A stretch of DNA of 64,000 nucleotides from an uncultured Nitrospirales bacterium (GCA_951812745.1 OX638327.1:1165914-1229913); one strand, 5' to 3'. Counted from the stretch's first letter, positions 1 to 8,917 are shown. Notes: generated by a model from the sequence alone, not told the origin. Translations and numbers: made by a program.

Positions 1-1438
1 AGAACCGAGGAAGGAGGTTATCCGCGTTAATCGGATAACCTCCTTCAAGTTTGGTCATATTTTCAATGATGTGGCGCAGTAGTTGATAATATGCCTTTTG
101 TTGGCTCGGGTCCTCGACGTTGTAGACCAGTGGTACTCTAGTGTAGTCGTGAATTTCCTGTAGTTCCTGCCCGGTTGTAGTTCCCGCAACATCCTGGCTG
201 GCCAACTTCTTCGCGATTTTGACCGAGATATTCGGTGGGCCAAGCTTTAGAATGCCATTGACTATCCGTTTCTGGTAGGGGTAAAGATTCTCATATTCGT
301 CAAGTAAAACAACAAACATTGAGTTCTCGAGCGGTAGAGTGTGACTACGCACTAAATCAACGACGCGTCTGAGTTGCTCTATATCGAAGGTCGCTATCGG
401 AACAGAAACATTTTCGCCATAAATGAACCTACGGCGAATGAATTCAGCCAGCTTTTTGTGCATTTGCGAGAGTCTAAATTGTAGTTCATCGAATGAGACC
501 AACTTGCGATCCGTTGAATCGAACAGTAACTCCTCCGCTGCTTCGCAGAGATTGCGTTCCACAAGCCGGACGTGATCGATCAAGTCGTGCTTGACGCAGT
601 ACATCAATTCCGAGAACAAACTCTCCGCTATCTGCAGAAATAATTCTTGTGAGGCAACGTCCATGAGGACAGCGTCAGTTGTTGGATCCAGATGTTCCAC
701 CTCGAAACTGACTCCTGCATTACAGATTGCCCCGCGGGTGAGCTTCAAGTAGAAACCGAAGAGTTGGGGTGCATTTTTTTCGGAGGAGCACCGTAGTAGA
801 AAATTACGAGCTCTTAAAGATAGCAAAAGCATTGACTTACCCGTGCCCCTCGATCCTTCGAGAATGCATGGTTTCATTTCCTCAAGCGCTCCGACCTTGA
901 CGGCATCAGGTAGCGCGAACGTCTTTGCGTGGAGTTCGGGCTGATTCTCGAAGAATTCAGCTCTAAGATGGCGAAATGGATTCTTTGAATTGGGTGTAAA
1001 CGCCTCGGCAACCACAGACGATGTTGTCTGACCGCTGATTATTACACCGCAGATGTCTTCCACTAACTTCCTTAGAGATTCTTGATTTCCTGGCATTAGC
1101 TTTCCATACACTTTAGGCCCAAGTATTGGTGGTAGTTCTGTGTCGTCCAGACAGACGACAATACATTTCCCCCCATCTTGTGCAACTTCGTTCCAAACTG
1201 CGGCATCGATTTCGAGTTTCTGCCACTCCGCGTCAGGAGTGTGCTTGGAGAAGAGAATGATGACTGCAGCAGCATTTGCGATTCCCTTGTTCATGAAGGC
1301 AATGACGTTATCCCCCAAACCAAGGTCCAGGGTATCGACCTTAGTCTCATGGTCAGCATTGCGCAGGTGCCCTGCCAACTCTGTTGCAATTTCCGCATCC
1401 TTGGAGGCATGTGAAATGAAGATGTGCGTGATACCCAT
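1..1438 (-). CDS. TIR domain + P-loop NTPase fusion (STAND-like, defence-type protein); C-terminus lies beyond the window edge
   Basis: Absent from the supplied ORF track because it is open at nt 1. Manual translation from ATG 1438-1436 gives 479 sense codons with no stop. N-term MGITHIFISHASKDAEIATELAGHL...AAVIILFSKHTPDAEWQKLEID is TIR-like. It is followed by Walker A ILEGSRGTGKSMLL and Walker B FVVLLDEYE. Confidence 0.8.
   Translation of the reverse strand, partial: MGITHIFISHASKDAEIATELAGHLRNADHETKVDTLDLGLGDNVIAFMNKGIANAAAVIILFSKHTPDAEWQKLEIDAAVWNEVAQDGGKCIVVCLDDTELPPILGPKVYGKLMPGNQESLRKLVEDICGVIISGQTTSSVVAEAFTPNSKNPFRHLRAEFFENQPELHAKTFALPDAVKVGALEEMKPCILEGSRGTGKSMLLLSLRARNFLLRCSSEKNAPQLFGFYLKLTRGAICNAGVSFEVEHLDPTTDAVLMDVASQELFLQIAESLFSELMYCVKHDLIDHVRLVERNLCEAAEELLFDSTDRKLVSFDELQFRLSQMHKKLAEFIRRRFIYGENVSVPIATFDIEQLRRVVDLVRSHTLPLENSMFVVLLDEYENLYPYQKRIVNGILKLGPPNISVKIAKKLASQDVAGTTTGQELQEIHDYTRVPLVYNVEDPSQQKAYYQLLRHIIENMTKLEGGYPINADNLLPRF
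10..46. repeat. perfect 15-bp inverted repeat with 7-nt loop inside the TIR-NTPase CDS
   Basis: Read directly: gaaggaggttatccg (10-24), loop cgttaat, cggataacctccttc (32-46). Confidence 0.9.
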
Positions 1439-1453
1439 ATTCTGGCAGATTCC

Positions 1454-1677
1454 TTACTTTGTATAGAAAGCTGTTGAAGTAGACCCGTGACTGATCAAGG
1501 ATTGGTAATCATATACCGAGCGAGCGATTAGGTTGGAAATGACCTTCTGCTTCATACCATCACCGCTCCACTCATCAGCCGCGACAATAGCAGGTCGTGG
1601 GCTTGGGATTATTGTCCGTATTCCGATGCGCCGTCACAATAGACCCCAACAAGGATGTTCGCATCAGGCAGGATCAT
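1454..1677 (-). pseudogene. decayed PIN-domain toxin (vapC remnant)
   Basis: ATG at 1677 overlaps the stop of the upstream VapB-like gene. It reads MILPDANILVGVYCDGASEYGQ (PIN-like N-terminus) and then TAA at 1611-1609. The remaining ~150 nt are open only in another frame, and the locus is far too short for a PIN domain. Confidence 0.4.
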
Positions 1678-1912
1678 GTTTTCCTTCGATGAGATCGAGG
1701 AGCGAGGCCGAGTCGCTCAGATCCACACCGGGTCTCACGCCTGTTCCATGGAACAGAGGCAGGTTGATAGCTGATCGCTCCGTTGTGCGACGTCGGGATA
1801 GAGACTCGCGGAGAGCGTCCTGAATGACGGCAGTCAGTGTCTTCCCTGTGTCTACAGCAATCCCCTTTAGCTCGGTGAATAGATGGTCATCAATATGAAT
1901 CGTTGTACGCAT
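1664..1912 (-). CDS. VapB-type antitoxin (MRTTIHIDD family)
   Basis: ORF-track protein trimmed to the internal ATG at 1912. MRTTIHIDDHLFTELKGIAVDTGKTLTAVIQDALRESL is the typical N-terminus of small VapB-type antitoxins. Confidence 0.7.
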   Translation of the reverse strand: MRTTIHIDDHLFTELKGIAVDTGKTLTAVIQDALRESLSRRRTTERSAINLPLFHGTGVRPGVDLSDSASLLDLIEGKHDPA

Positions 1913-2130
1913 GCACAAAAACATGCAGGCTGTACATAGTTATGTCAACAGTGAGGCGGCCGTGATGCTGCTGCCCTGATTGATTGCCCCGTCACTTCCT
2001 GGCCATCGCCATCGCAAACGCTCAAGGTGGGCGATAACAAGATAATAAATAGATGGACCATTGTAACCATGGTCATGACTATAGTACTATAACGGTGGGA
2101 TCAACAACAGAAAGGACAGGGTTTGAGGAG

Positions 2131-2406
2131 ATGAGTAGTCACAAAGTCGCTGGTTCCCGCATGATCAAGGCATCCGAGTTCAAGGCCAAGTGTCTGAAGT
2201 TGATGGACGAGGTGGCAGACAGCGGCGCCGAGATCGTCATTACCAAGAACGGTCACCCGGTGTCCCGGCTCGTGCCGTACCGCGAGAAGCCGAAGAGCTT
2301 GTTTGGCATCGATAAAGGAAGAATCAAGATACTTGGCGACATCATCCAACCGCTGGACGTGGAGTGGGAAGCCAATACCGGTAAGACGTGGGACGGTGAC
2401 CCGTGA
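2131..2406 (+). CDS. Phd/YefM-family antitoxin
   Basis: MIKASEFKAKCLKLMDEVADSGAEIVITKNGHPVSRLVPY matches the Phd/YefM pattern. Its stop overlaps the PIN toxin start. The start is uncertain (2131 or 2161). Confidence 0.7.
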   Translation: MSSHKVAGSRMIKASEFKAKCLKLMDEVADSGAEIVITKNGHPVSRLVPYREKPKSLFGIDKGRIKILGDIIQPLDVEWEANTGKTWDGDP

Positions 2407-2801
2407 TGCTGCTCGATACGCACGTCATGCTGTGGCTGAGAGCGGGTGAGGCGCGATTGGGAACCAGGGCTCGACGCGAGATCGACCGGGCATGGCAGTC
2501 CGGTGAAGTTGGCGTCTCCGCGATCTCGTTCTGGGAAATAGCGATGCTCAAGGACAGGGGACGGATCAGGTTCCCCGAAGACGTCGGCCTATGGCGTCGT
2601 GAGCAATTGGAACAGGGTATGGTCGAAATCGCCGTGGATGGAGCGATCGGAATCCGCGCGATCAGCCTTGCCGATTTCCATGCCGACCCGGCCGACCGTC
2701 TGATCGTCGCGACCGCGTTGGAGGGCCACCGTCTTGTGACCGCTGACGAACGCATTCTCGATTGGGCGGGTAATCTGAGCCGGCTGCGAGCCACGGAATG
2801 A
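2403..2801 (+). CDS. vapC: PIN-domain toxin VapC
   Basis: MLLDTHVMLWL...SAISFWEIAML...DPADRLIVATAL...LVTADERI is a PIN-domain acidic-residue pattern. The start overlaps the antitoxin stop (GTGATG). Confidence 0.8.
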   Translation: MMLLDTHVMLWLRAGEARLGTRARREIDRAWQSGEVGVSAISFWEIAMLKDRGRIRFPEDVGLWRREQLEQGMVEIAVDGAIGIRAISLADFHADPADRLIVATALEGHRLVTADERILDWAGNLSRLRATE

Positions 2802-2820
2802 GGAAAGGTACCAACCGGTA

Positions 2821-2842
2821 GGGAACAACGATCGTTGTTCCC
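2821..2842. repeat. 22-bp perfect palindrome gggaacaacgatcgttgttccc (REP family G)
   Basis: Read directly. A near-identical copy (gtagggaacaacgatcgttgttcgctac) lies at 13353-13380. Confidence 0.9.
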
Positions 2843-2908
2843 GGTCATTTCGGGCTCCGGCTCAATCGTGATTGCCGGGGTTCACGTCAATCGAATGAAC
2901 GCCGGATC

Positions 2909-3235
2909 TCAGTCGGCTTGGGCGGGCCAGAATTTATAGCGGATTTGAGGTAATTGTTTGCCTTCGAAGTTTGGAATGTCGTACAGGCACCGGTCGATGG
3001 TCTCGACCTCTTCCTTCGTAAATTCAAATTCCTTGGACACCTTCCAGAATTTATCAAAGGTGAAATAATCCCCTTTTTCCGGCTTTTCAGCCAGCGCGGC
3101 CTGCATTTGTTTAAAGCCTTCGGTATCCACGTTGGGGATCCGGCCGTTATTTTTGTCCACGCACCATTTCAGGATCTCGGCGACCCCGTACATGGTGAGT
3201 TCGATTTTCACTTTACCCGAATTTGTTTCCGACAT
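2909..3235 (-). CDS. hypothetical small protein
   Basis: ATG at 3235 is preceded by GGAAGGAGGAGG at about 6 nt. The composition looks like a real protein (MSETNSGKVKIELTMYGVAEILKWCVDKNNG...). I recognise no family. Confidence 0.55.
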   Translation of the reverse strand: MSETNSGKVKIELTMYGVAEILKWCVDKNNGRIPNVDTEGFKQMQAALAEKPEKGDYFTFDKFWKVSKEFEFTKEEVETIDRCLYDIPNFEGKQLPQIRYKFWPAQAD

Positions 3236-3352
3236 GAGCAACCTCCTCCTTCCAAAGATAAAATCTATAACACATTTTCCTGAAACTCTTCCAGTCGTTT
3301 CATCGGAAATTATATCTTTAGGTTAACAATGACCGTTTTTCTCAGAAAAACG

Positions 3353-3443
3353 CCTTGATTTGTAGCCGCCACATCTCATGCGGCCAAGAAGACCGGGGTA
3401 TAAGGCATGTCCCGGGCTTTGACCCGGGATGCCGCCGCTACAA
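3353..3443 (-). repeat. ~90-100-nt intergenic element (family F), inverted copy of 63880-63982
   Basis: The reverse complement reads ttgtagcggcggcatcccgggtcaaagcccgggacatgccttatacc...gatgtggcggctacaaatcaagg. The right-edge copy reads ttgtagcagcggcatcccgggtcaagcccgtggacatgccttatgcc...gatggcgcggccacaaatattgg. Confidence 0.75.
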
Positions 3444-3902
3444 TAAGGAAAGGCGTTCAACTATTCTATCTAACCCCTGTTTCATCGGGAAATTGCAGGA
3501 TGCCCCTGAAATCCCGTGAAAATTCCGCGTGCGGGGAGTAGAAATTCCGGAAAAGAACCAGAAGAATCGGCTACCCCGTGAACAACTCGTGTTAGCCCAA
3601 AGCCGTAATGTCCCCTTTGTCCCAAGCTAAAATGTCCTCTTGGCACCAGGCAAGGAGTGGCGAGGACACAGGAGGCGAGCACGATGAGTCGGAAAGAAGG
3701 CCAAGACGCATAAGCAAATTTGCAGCAAAGACGAAGACTGTTTGAGCGGAGCCGGTTCGGCAACCGCCAACCCTGTCCTGAGTTCCATCGAAGGCTTAGA
3801 TTCACGTCGTCGGGAACCCGTAGGCCTTATCGTGTGAAGGGCAGCAGGGAAGAGAGTGGTCACGTGGATCGGTTTTATGGGCTGTAGCCCGGCTTTCTCC
3901 GG

Positions 3903-4925
3903 CTATTGAATCAACATGGCATCGCCGTAGCTGTAGAAGCGGTACCGTGCGGTGATGGCTTCCGAGTAGGCCGACCGCAGTCGGTCGAGGCCGGTGAAGG
4001 CGGAGACGAGCATAAGCAATGTGGTGCGCGGCAGGTGAAAATTGGTCAGCAAGGCATCGACCATCGTGAAGCGGAAGCCGGGCGCGATGAACAGGCGGGT
4101 CTCACCCGAGCCAGCCTGGATTTCTCCGGCTGCGTTGACCGCGGATTCCAGGGTGCGCACCGAGGTGGTGCCAACCGCCACGACTCGCCGGCCTTCAGCC
4201 TTCGCCGCATTGAGGCTCTTCGCCGTTTCCACGGAAATGTGAAACCACTCGGCGGCCATGGAATGGTCTTCGATCTGGTCTACGGTCACGGGGCGAAACG
4301 TCCCGGGCCCGACGTGCAGCGTGACGGTCACGAGTTGAATGCCCTGCTGTTTGAGCGCGACGAGTAATGATTCGGTGAAATGCAATCCCGCAGTCGGGGC
4401 GGCAACGGCCCCTTCCGAGCAGGCGAAGACGGTTTGGTAGGCTTCTTTGTCCCGCTCATCGGCCGGACGTTTGATGTAGGGCGGGAGCGGGACTTCGCCT
4501 ATCCTGTCCAGAAGGTCTTTGATGGACCCTCGGGTGTCGATCCGAAGGACCGTCCGTTCCGGAGTCCGTTCCAGGACCTCCGCGGTGGCCTCGTCCTGAA
4601 AGTGCAGGATCTGCCCGACGGCGACGTGGCCTTTCAACAGGACTTCCCACACCGTTGCCTCCAAAGGCCGGACCAACAACACCTCGACCTTTCCGCCGCT
4701 CGACCGTTTGGTGCCGTGGAGCCTGGCGAGCATCACCTTCGTGTCGTTCAAGACCATCACGTCGCCGGCCTGTAACAGGTTCGGCAGATCTTTCACCCGG
4801 GCATGTTGGCACACGGGTTCTCCCCTGCGCGGCACGACTAACAGTCGAGCGTGATCTCTCGGAGAAACCGGGTGCTCGGCTATCAGCGATTCATCGAACG
4901 GAAAGTTAAACTCGGACAGTCGCAT
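3903..4925 (-). CDS. queA: S-adenosylmethionine:tRNA ribosyltransferase-isomerase
   Basis: MRLSEFNFPFDESLIAEHPVSPRDHARLLVV...VGTTSVRTLES...GDAMLI is QueA over the full length. Trimmed to ATG 4925; the upstream extension is REP-derived. Confidence 0.9.
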   Translation of the reverse strand: MRLSEFNFPFDESLIAEHPVSPRDHARLLVVPRRGEPVCQHARVKDLPNLLQAGDVMVLNDTKVMLARLHGTKRSSGGKVEVLLVRPLEATVWEVLLKGHVAVGQILHFQDEATAEVLERTPERTVLRIDTRGSIKDLLDRIGEVPLPPYIKRPADERDKEAYQTVFACSEGAVAAPTAGLHFTESLLVALKQQGIQLVTVTLHVGPGTFRPVTVDQIEDHSMAAEWFHISVETAKSLNAAKAEGRRVVAVGTTSVRTLESAVNAAGEIQAGSGETRLFIAPGFRFTMVDALLTNFHLPRTTLLMLVSAFTGLDRLRSAYSEAITARYRFYSYGDAMLIQ

Positions 4926-5073
4926 GGCGGAGACCCCCGTCGGCGACACTCTTCTTGAGCGACCGCACAGGAACCGTCTGGATTTCTGCTTTCGCAGAAA
5001 TGACGGAAGAAAGAAGACGCGATAAGGCACGTCCCTGTCATCGAACAAGGATCGCGCGGCTACGAAGACGATT

Positions 5074-5110
5074 CCCCCTCACCCCTACCCTCTCCCGAGG
5101 GGAGAGGGAG
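5074..5110. repeat. REP family B (ccctcaccc..ccctctccc-NNNN-gggagaggg hairpin)
   Basis: ccccctcacccctaccctctcccgaggggagagggag read directly. Confidence 0.85.
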
Positions 5111-5142
5111 AAAAACGGGATACCCGCGTTCTCGGGAACCAG

Positions 5143-6330
5143 CTAGAAAGACGGTAGGCGCATGTCCACCTGATTGCGTGGAAGGATCTCGGTTCCCGGA
5201 TAGTAATAGCGCAGGATGGATTGATAGGGGTACCCCAGTTCGGCCATTTCCTTGGCGCCCCATTGACACAGGCCCACCCCATGCCCCGCCCCTTTTCCCG
5301 CAAACACCACGTGCCTGTCAATCCGTTCGATAGAAAACCGGGTACTGCGAACTTTGGCATACCCAAGGAGCCGTCGAAACTTCTGTCCCGTGATAATAAG
5401 TTCTCCTCGGGAATGCAGGATCCGCACGTCCTTGATCCGGCCGGCAGTGGTCATGCGGTAAGGCGTGAGCGTCGAGAGCCAGCCAATGGGATACCCTTCA
5501 TCCTTGAGCCGGGATTCGATCACATCAAACGGGATAGTCGCTTGCCACTGATACCATGGGGACTCCTGATCGAATGGACAATCCACCCCTTTCAAATAGG
5601 GCAAGTCCTTGGACCATACGTTCATCGCGTCTTCCGTGGGCCCGGCGGTCGTGGATGAATAGGCGGCGAAAATGGGGTGGCCTTCGTAGGTCAGGACTTG
5701 GCCGCGCGTCCGGCGCACGGCATCGAGTACGGCATCATTGACGTTTTGACGGCCCGTATACACCTGATCCTGGACGCTCGCGTAGACGTCAAACGGCAAA
5801 CCTGCATGTTGCAATTTCTTGTGCAACACGTAAGTCCGTGCCGCTACGGCCTGCGTTCGCAAGAGTTCCTCGTGCCACTCGGGGTTGACTTCCGAGCCCA
5901 CGACGCCCGCCACGTAATCTTCAAGATCAACCACGTTCACGACCAGCAGGTGCCCGTTGCTGACCGTGATCTCGAGACCTCCATATACCACCCATTGTTG
6001 ATTCGCCGCGTCAGGAGGCTCTGCTTGAAGCGTGACTTGGAGTCCTTCATGTGTCCCTTGAATCGCAAGGTGGTTGCCCCGGACCAGTTTGTCATCGACT
6101 TGCAACGCATGCCCTTTCAGAATAATGGTCACGCCGGACGCGACTTCCATCTGATCGCCCGAAGGCATTTCGAGACGCAGATCTCTGGCGGAAGCAACCG
6201 TGACGTGGCCGGCCTGTTCGGACAGGGCGACGCGAACGTGATCCGATGCGTGAACCCAAGTCAGAGGACCCAGCCCCACACTCATGATCAGCAGCAGGAT
6301 TCCGACTGCAGCGGAGCTGAATCCAGTCAT
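5143..6330 (-). CDS. SpoIID/LytB-domain protein (secreted)
   Basis: N-terminal signal-like segment, then the SpoIID signature region ...LRTQAVAARTYVLHKK...GHGVGLCQWGA. Confidence 0.8.
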   Translation of the reverse strand: MTGFSSAAVGILLLIMSVGLGPLTWVHASDHVRVALSEQAGHVTVASARDLRLEMPSGDQMEVASGVTIILKGHALQVDDKLVRGNHLAIQGTHEGLQVTLQAEPPDAANQQWVVYGGLEITVSNGHLLVVNVVDLEDYVAGVVGSEVNPEWHEELLRTQAVAARTYVLHKKLQHAGLPFDVYASVQDQVYTGRQNVNDAVLDAVRRTRGQVLTYEGHPIFAAYSSTTAGPTEDAMNVWSKDLPYLKGVDCPFDQESPWYQWQATIPFDVIESRLKDEGYPIGWLSTLTPYRMTTAGRIKDVRILHSRGELIITGQKFRRLLGYAKVRSTRFSIERIDRHVVFAGKGAGHGVGLCQWGAKEMAELGYPYQSILRYYYPGTEILPRNQVDMRLPSF

Positions 6331-6566
6331 CGTTTCAGGAAAAAGTAGAGGAGAAGGCTGCCCACGATGCTGATGATGATACTGGTGCTCAGGGGAAAAT
6401 AAAAGGTGAAATTGTCCCGTTTGATGAAAATATCGCCCGGCAGCTTTCCCAGCCAGCCGAACCCTGTCCCTTCACCAGGCCACTTGCCGAGCAACGAGAC
6501 GATGATGCCGAGGACGACAATCCCCAAGCCCAGCACGATGAGCGTTTTCCCGATGAACTCCGGCAT
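6327..6566 (-). CDS. DUF2905-family small membrane protein
   Basis: GKLPGDIFIKRDNFTFYFPLSTSIIISIVGSLLLY is typical of DUF2905. It overlaps the downstream start by 4 nt. Confidence 0.7.
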   Translation of the reverse strand: MPEFIGKTLIVLGLGIVVLGIIVSLLGKWPGEGTGFGWLGKLPGDIFIKRDNFTFYFPLSTSIIISIVGSLLLYFFLKR

Positions 6567-6569
6567 GGC

Positions 6570-7580
6570 TCACTTCACCAATTCCTCGGCAATTTGAATG
6601 GCGTTGAGCGCGGCTCCCTTGCGCAGATTATCCGCCACCACCCACAAATTGAGGCCCTTGGGAATGGAGTCGTCCTCACGAATGCGTCCGACGAACACCG
6701 CATCCGTCCCAGCGGCGTGGATCTGCAGGGGATACAACTTTCGCGAAGGATCGTCATAGAGTTGCACGCCCGGGGCGGTCGAGAGAATGGCCCGGGTGTC
6801 TTCCACTGACAACTTCTGTTTCGTTTCGACGTTGATGGATTCCGCGTGACCCACGAACACGGGCACGCGCACCGTGGTCGCGGAAATCCCGATCGATCGG
6901 TCACCCAGAATCTTCCGGGTTTCGTTGACCATCTTCATTTCTTCGCCGGTATACCCCGACGACAAAAAGTCGTCGATGTGCGGCAAGCAGTTAAACGCGA
7001 TCTGATGCGGATACACCGTTGGCGTCACGTCACCAAAGCCCAACAACTGACGGCACTGTTCCGCCAATTCATCCATGGCCTCTTTCCCGGTACCGGAAAC
7101 CGATTGATAGGTCGAGACGACGACACGGGTAATCACGGCATGGTCATGTAACGGTTTGAGCACGACCACCATTTGAATGGTTGAGCAATTCGGGTTCGCC
7201 ACGATACCCTGGTGGGTTTCGAGATCGTGGGGGTTCACTTCGGGGACGACCAACGGGACCTGCGGGTCCATGCGCCACGCCGAGCTGTTGTCTATCACCA
7301 CCGCCCCGGCTTCGACGGCAACCGGCGCGTACTCTTGACTCACGGCGGCACCGGCGGAGAACAGCGCGATGTCGATCCCCCGAAACGAGTCCCGGGTGAG
7401 TAATTTCACCTTGACGTCCTCACCTCGAAACGACACGTCTCCACCCGCGGACCTGGACGACGCCAACGGGCGCACCTCTTCTACGGGGAACTTCCGTTCT
7501 TCCAGGACCGAGAGCATTTCCGTGCCCACGGCGCCGGTGGCCCCGACGACGGCAACGGTATAAGCTGATTTCTTCTTCAT
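6570..7580 (-). CDS. asd: aspartate-semialdehyde dehydrogenase
   Basis: VAVVGATGAVGTEM...NPNCSTIQMVV...VRVPVFVGHAESI. Trimmed to MKKKSAYTV at 7580. Confidence 0.9.
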   Translation of the reverse strand: MKKKSAYTVAVVGATGAVGTEMLSVLEERKFPVEEVRPLASSRSAGGDVSFRGEDVKVKLLTRDSFRGIDIALFSAGAAVSQEYAPVAVEAGAVVIDNSSAWRMDPQVPLVVPEVNPHDLETHQGIVANPNCSTIQMVVVLKPLHDHAVITRVVVSTYQSVSGTGKEAMDELAEQCRQLLGFGDVTPTVYPHQIAFNCLPHIDDFLSSGYTGEEMKMVNETRKILGDRSIGISATTVRVPVFVGHAESINVETKQKLSVEDTRAILSTAPGVQLYDDPSRKLYPLQIHAAGTDAVFVGRIREDDSIPKGLNLWVVADNLRKGAALNAIQIAEELVK

Positions 7581-7637
7581 CTCCGTGAGTCCGTTATTTC
7601 CGCGGTTTCCGGCGGGAATCCACGTCTTTTTCTTCCT

Positions 7638-7676
7638 CCCCCTCACCCCAGCCCTCTCCCCTAGAGGCGAGGGTGT
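7638..7676. repeat. REP family B
   Basis: cccctcaccccagccctctcccctagaggcgagggtg read directly. Confidence 0.85.
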
Positions 7677-7679
7677 GGA

Positions 7680-8894
7680 TCACGGGTTTCCATTCACCAC
7701 GACCCGGATACGGTGACTGAAGGTATCCGCGATGTATACGTGCCCCCGGGCGTCGAGGGCCACCCCGAACGGGTAGTTCAAACTGCTGTGCAGGGGATCT
7801 TTCCCGTCGCCGGAAAACGCTGCCTGCCCGTTCCCGGCCAGCAGCGACATTTCCCGCTTCTGGAGGTTCCACACTCGAATCAAGTGGTTATCGCTGTCCG
7901 TAATGAACAGGCGGCCGTCGGGATGCAGGGCAATGGCATACGGTCGGGACAGGTTGGGCGAGGATTCGTTTTCCCCCGGTGTGAATTGAAACGCACCGGT
8001 TCCTCCCGCCACCGTCTCCACCATCCCGGTGTGTCGATCCCACTTCCGAATCCGGCCACTGAACGTATCGGCAATGTAGAGGTTCCCCTCCTGATCCACG
8101 GCGAGACCGCTCGGACCGGCCAACGCGGTTTCAGGGCCCGGCGCCCCGTCGCCGTTATAACCCGACTCGCCGGTTCCGACGACCGTCGTCATCATGCCGG
8201 AGGTCAGATCGAGCTGCCGGACCCGGTTATTGCTTTGATCGGCGATATACAAACGGTCAGGCCCGTCGAGGACCAGGGCCACGGGTTCATTCAAGGCCGC
8301 TTTTACGGCAGGTCCCTGATCGCCGTAAAATTTCGCCTGGCCCGTTCCCGCGATAGTGGAGATGACCCCGGTGCCGGAATCAACCCGGCGAATACGATGG
8401 TTCCAGGTATCGGCAATGTACACGGTCCCATCCTCAGCCACGGCCACGGCCGACGGAAAATTGAGGGCGGCCTCGACCGCCGGGCCGCCGTCCCCTGCAA
8501 ATCGCTGATCCTTGGATGGCATCCCGGTCACATAGCGGACCATTCCGCTCAAGTCGGGTTGTTGCGTGTAGGCGTCACCCGGTTCGCTCACTGGATCCGC
8601 CAACGGATCTTCGTCGTCGTCCGAAGGTCCGAGAACGGGTTCGGCAGGCATCGAAGCCGGAGCCTCACGCACGCCGGTCCCGGCTATCGTCGTCATAATC
8701 CCGGTCCGCGTATCAACCTTGCGCACCAGGTGATTCTCGGAATCGGCGATGTAGAGATTCCCAGCGGCGTCGAGGGCCACCGTTTTCGGTTCGTTCAACA
8801 TGGCCGCGGTGGCCGGACCGGCATCCCCGCCCCAACCGGGCTCGCCGGTCCCGGCAATAGTGCCGATCGCGCCGGCTTGTATAGCTTCCAGCAT
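7680..8894 (-). CDS. NHL-repeat beta-propeller protein
   Basis: Six recurring units of the form ...P.GVA.D..GNLYIAD..NHRIR.V....G...T.AGTG... Confidence 0.75.
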   Translation of the reverse strand: MLEAIQAGAIGTIAGTGEPGWGGDAGPATAAMLNEPKTVALDAAGNLYIADSENHLVRKVDTRTGIMTTIAGTGVREAPASMPAEPVLGPSDDDEDPLADPVSEPGDAYTQQPDLSGMVRYVTGMPSKDQRFAGDGGPAVEAALNFPSAVAVAEDGTVYIADTWNHRIRRVDSGTGVISTIAGTGQAKFYGDQGPAVKAALNEPVALVLDGPDRLYIADQSNNRVRQLDLTSGMMTTVVGTGESGYNGDGAPGPETALAGPSGLAVDQEGNLYIADTFSGRIRKWDRHTGMVETVAGGTGAFQFTPGENESSPNLSRPYAIALHPDGRLFITDSDNHLIRVWNLQKREMSLLAGNGQAAFSGDGKDPLHSSLNYPFGVALDARGHVYIADTFSHRIRVVVNGNP

Positions 8895-8917
8895 CTCTTT
8901 CTTACCCTTTCTTGTTC

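Noticed and set aside
3880-3900. gccggagaaagccgggc on the minus strand resembles the RNase P P4 motif GGAAAGUCCGGGC
   Set aside because: The flanking sequence lacks the other universally conserved RNase P blocks. It is more likely a small hairpin just after the queA stop.
3300-3900. Expected tRNA or tmRNA integration site at the islet boundary
   Set aside because: I found no T-arm (GGTTCGAnTCC-like) or acceptor/CCA features, and no tag-peptide-like reading frame.
5060-5366. Short ORFs translated from REP elements (e.g. 5060-5269, 5085-5366, 7594-7872, 43664-43885, 53968-54228, 63574-63829)
   Set aside because: Their sequences are dominated by the palindromic repeat families (SPLPSGEGRGEG-type peptides). 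They lack ribosome-binding sites and coding-like composition.
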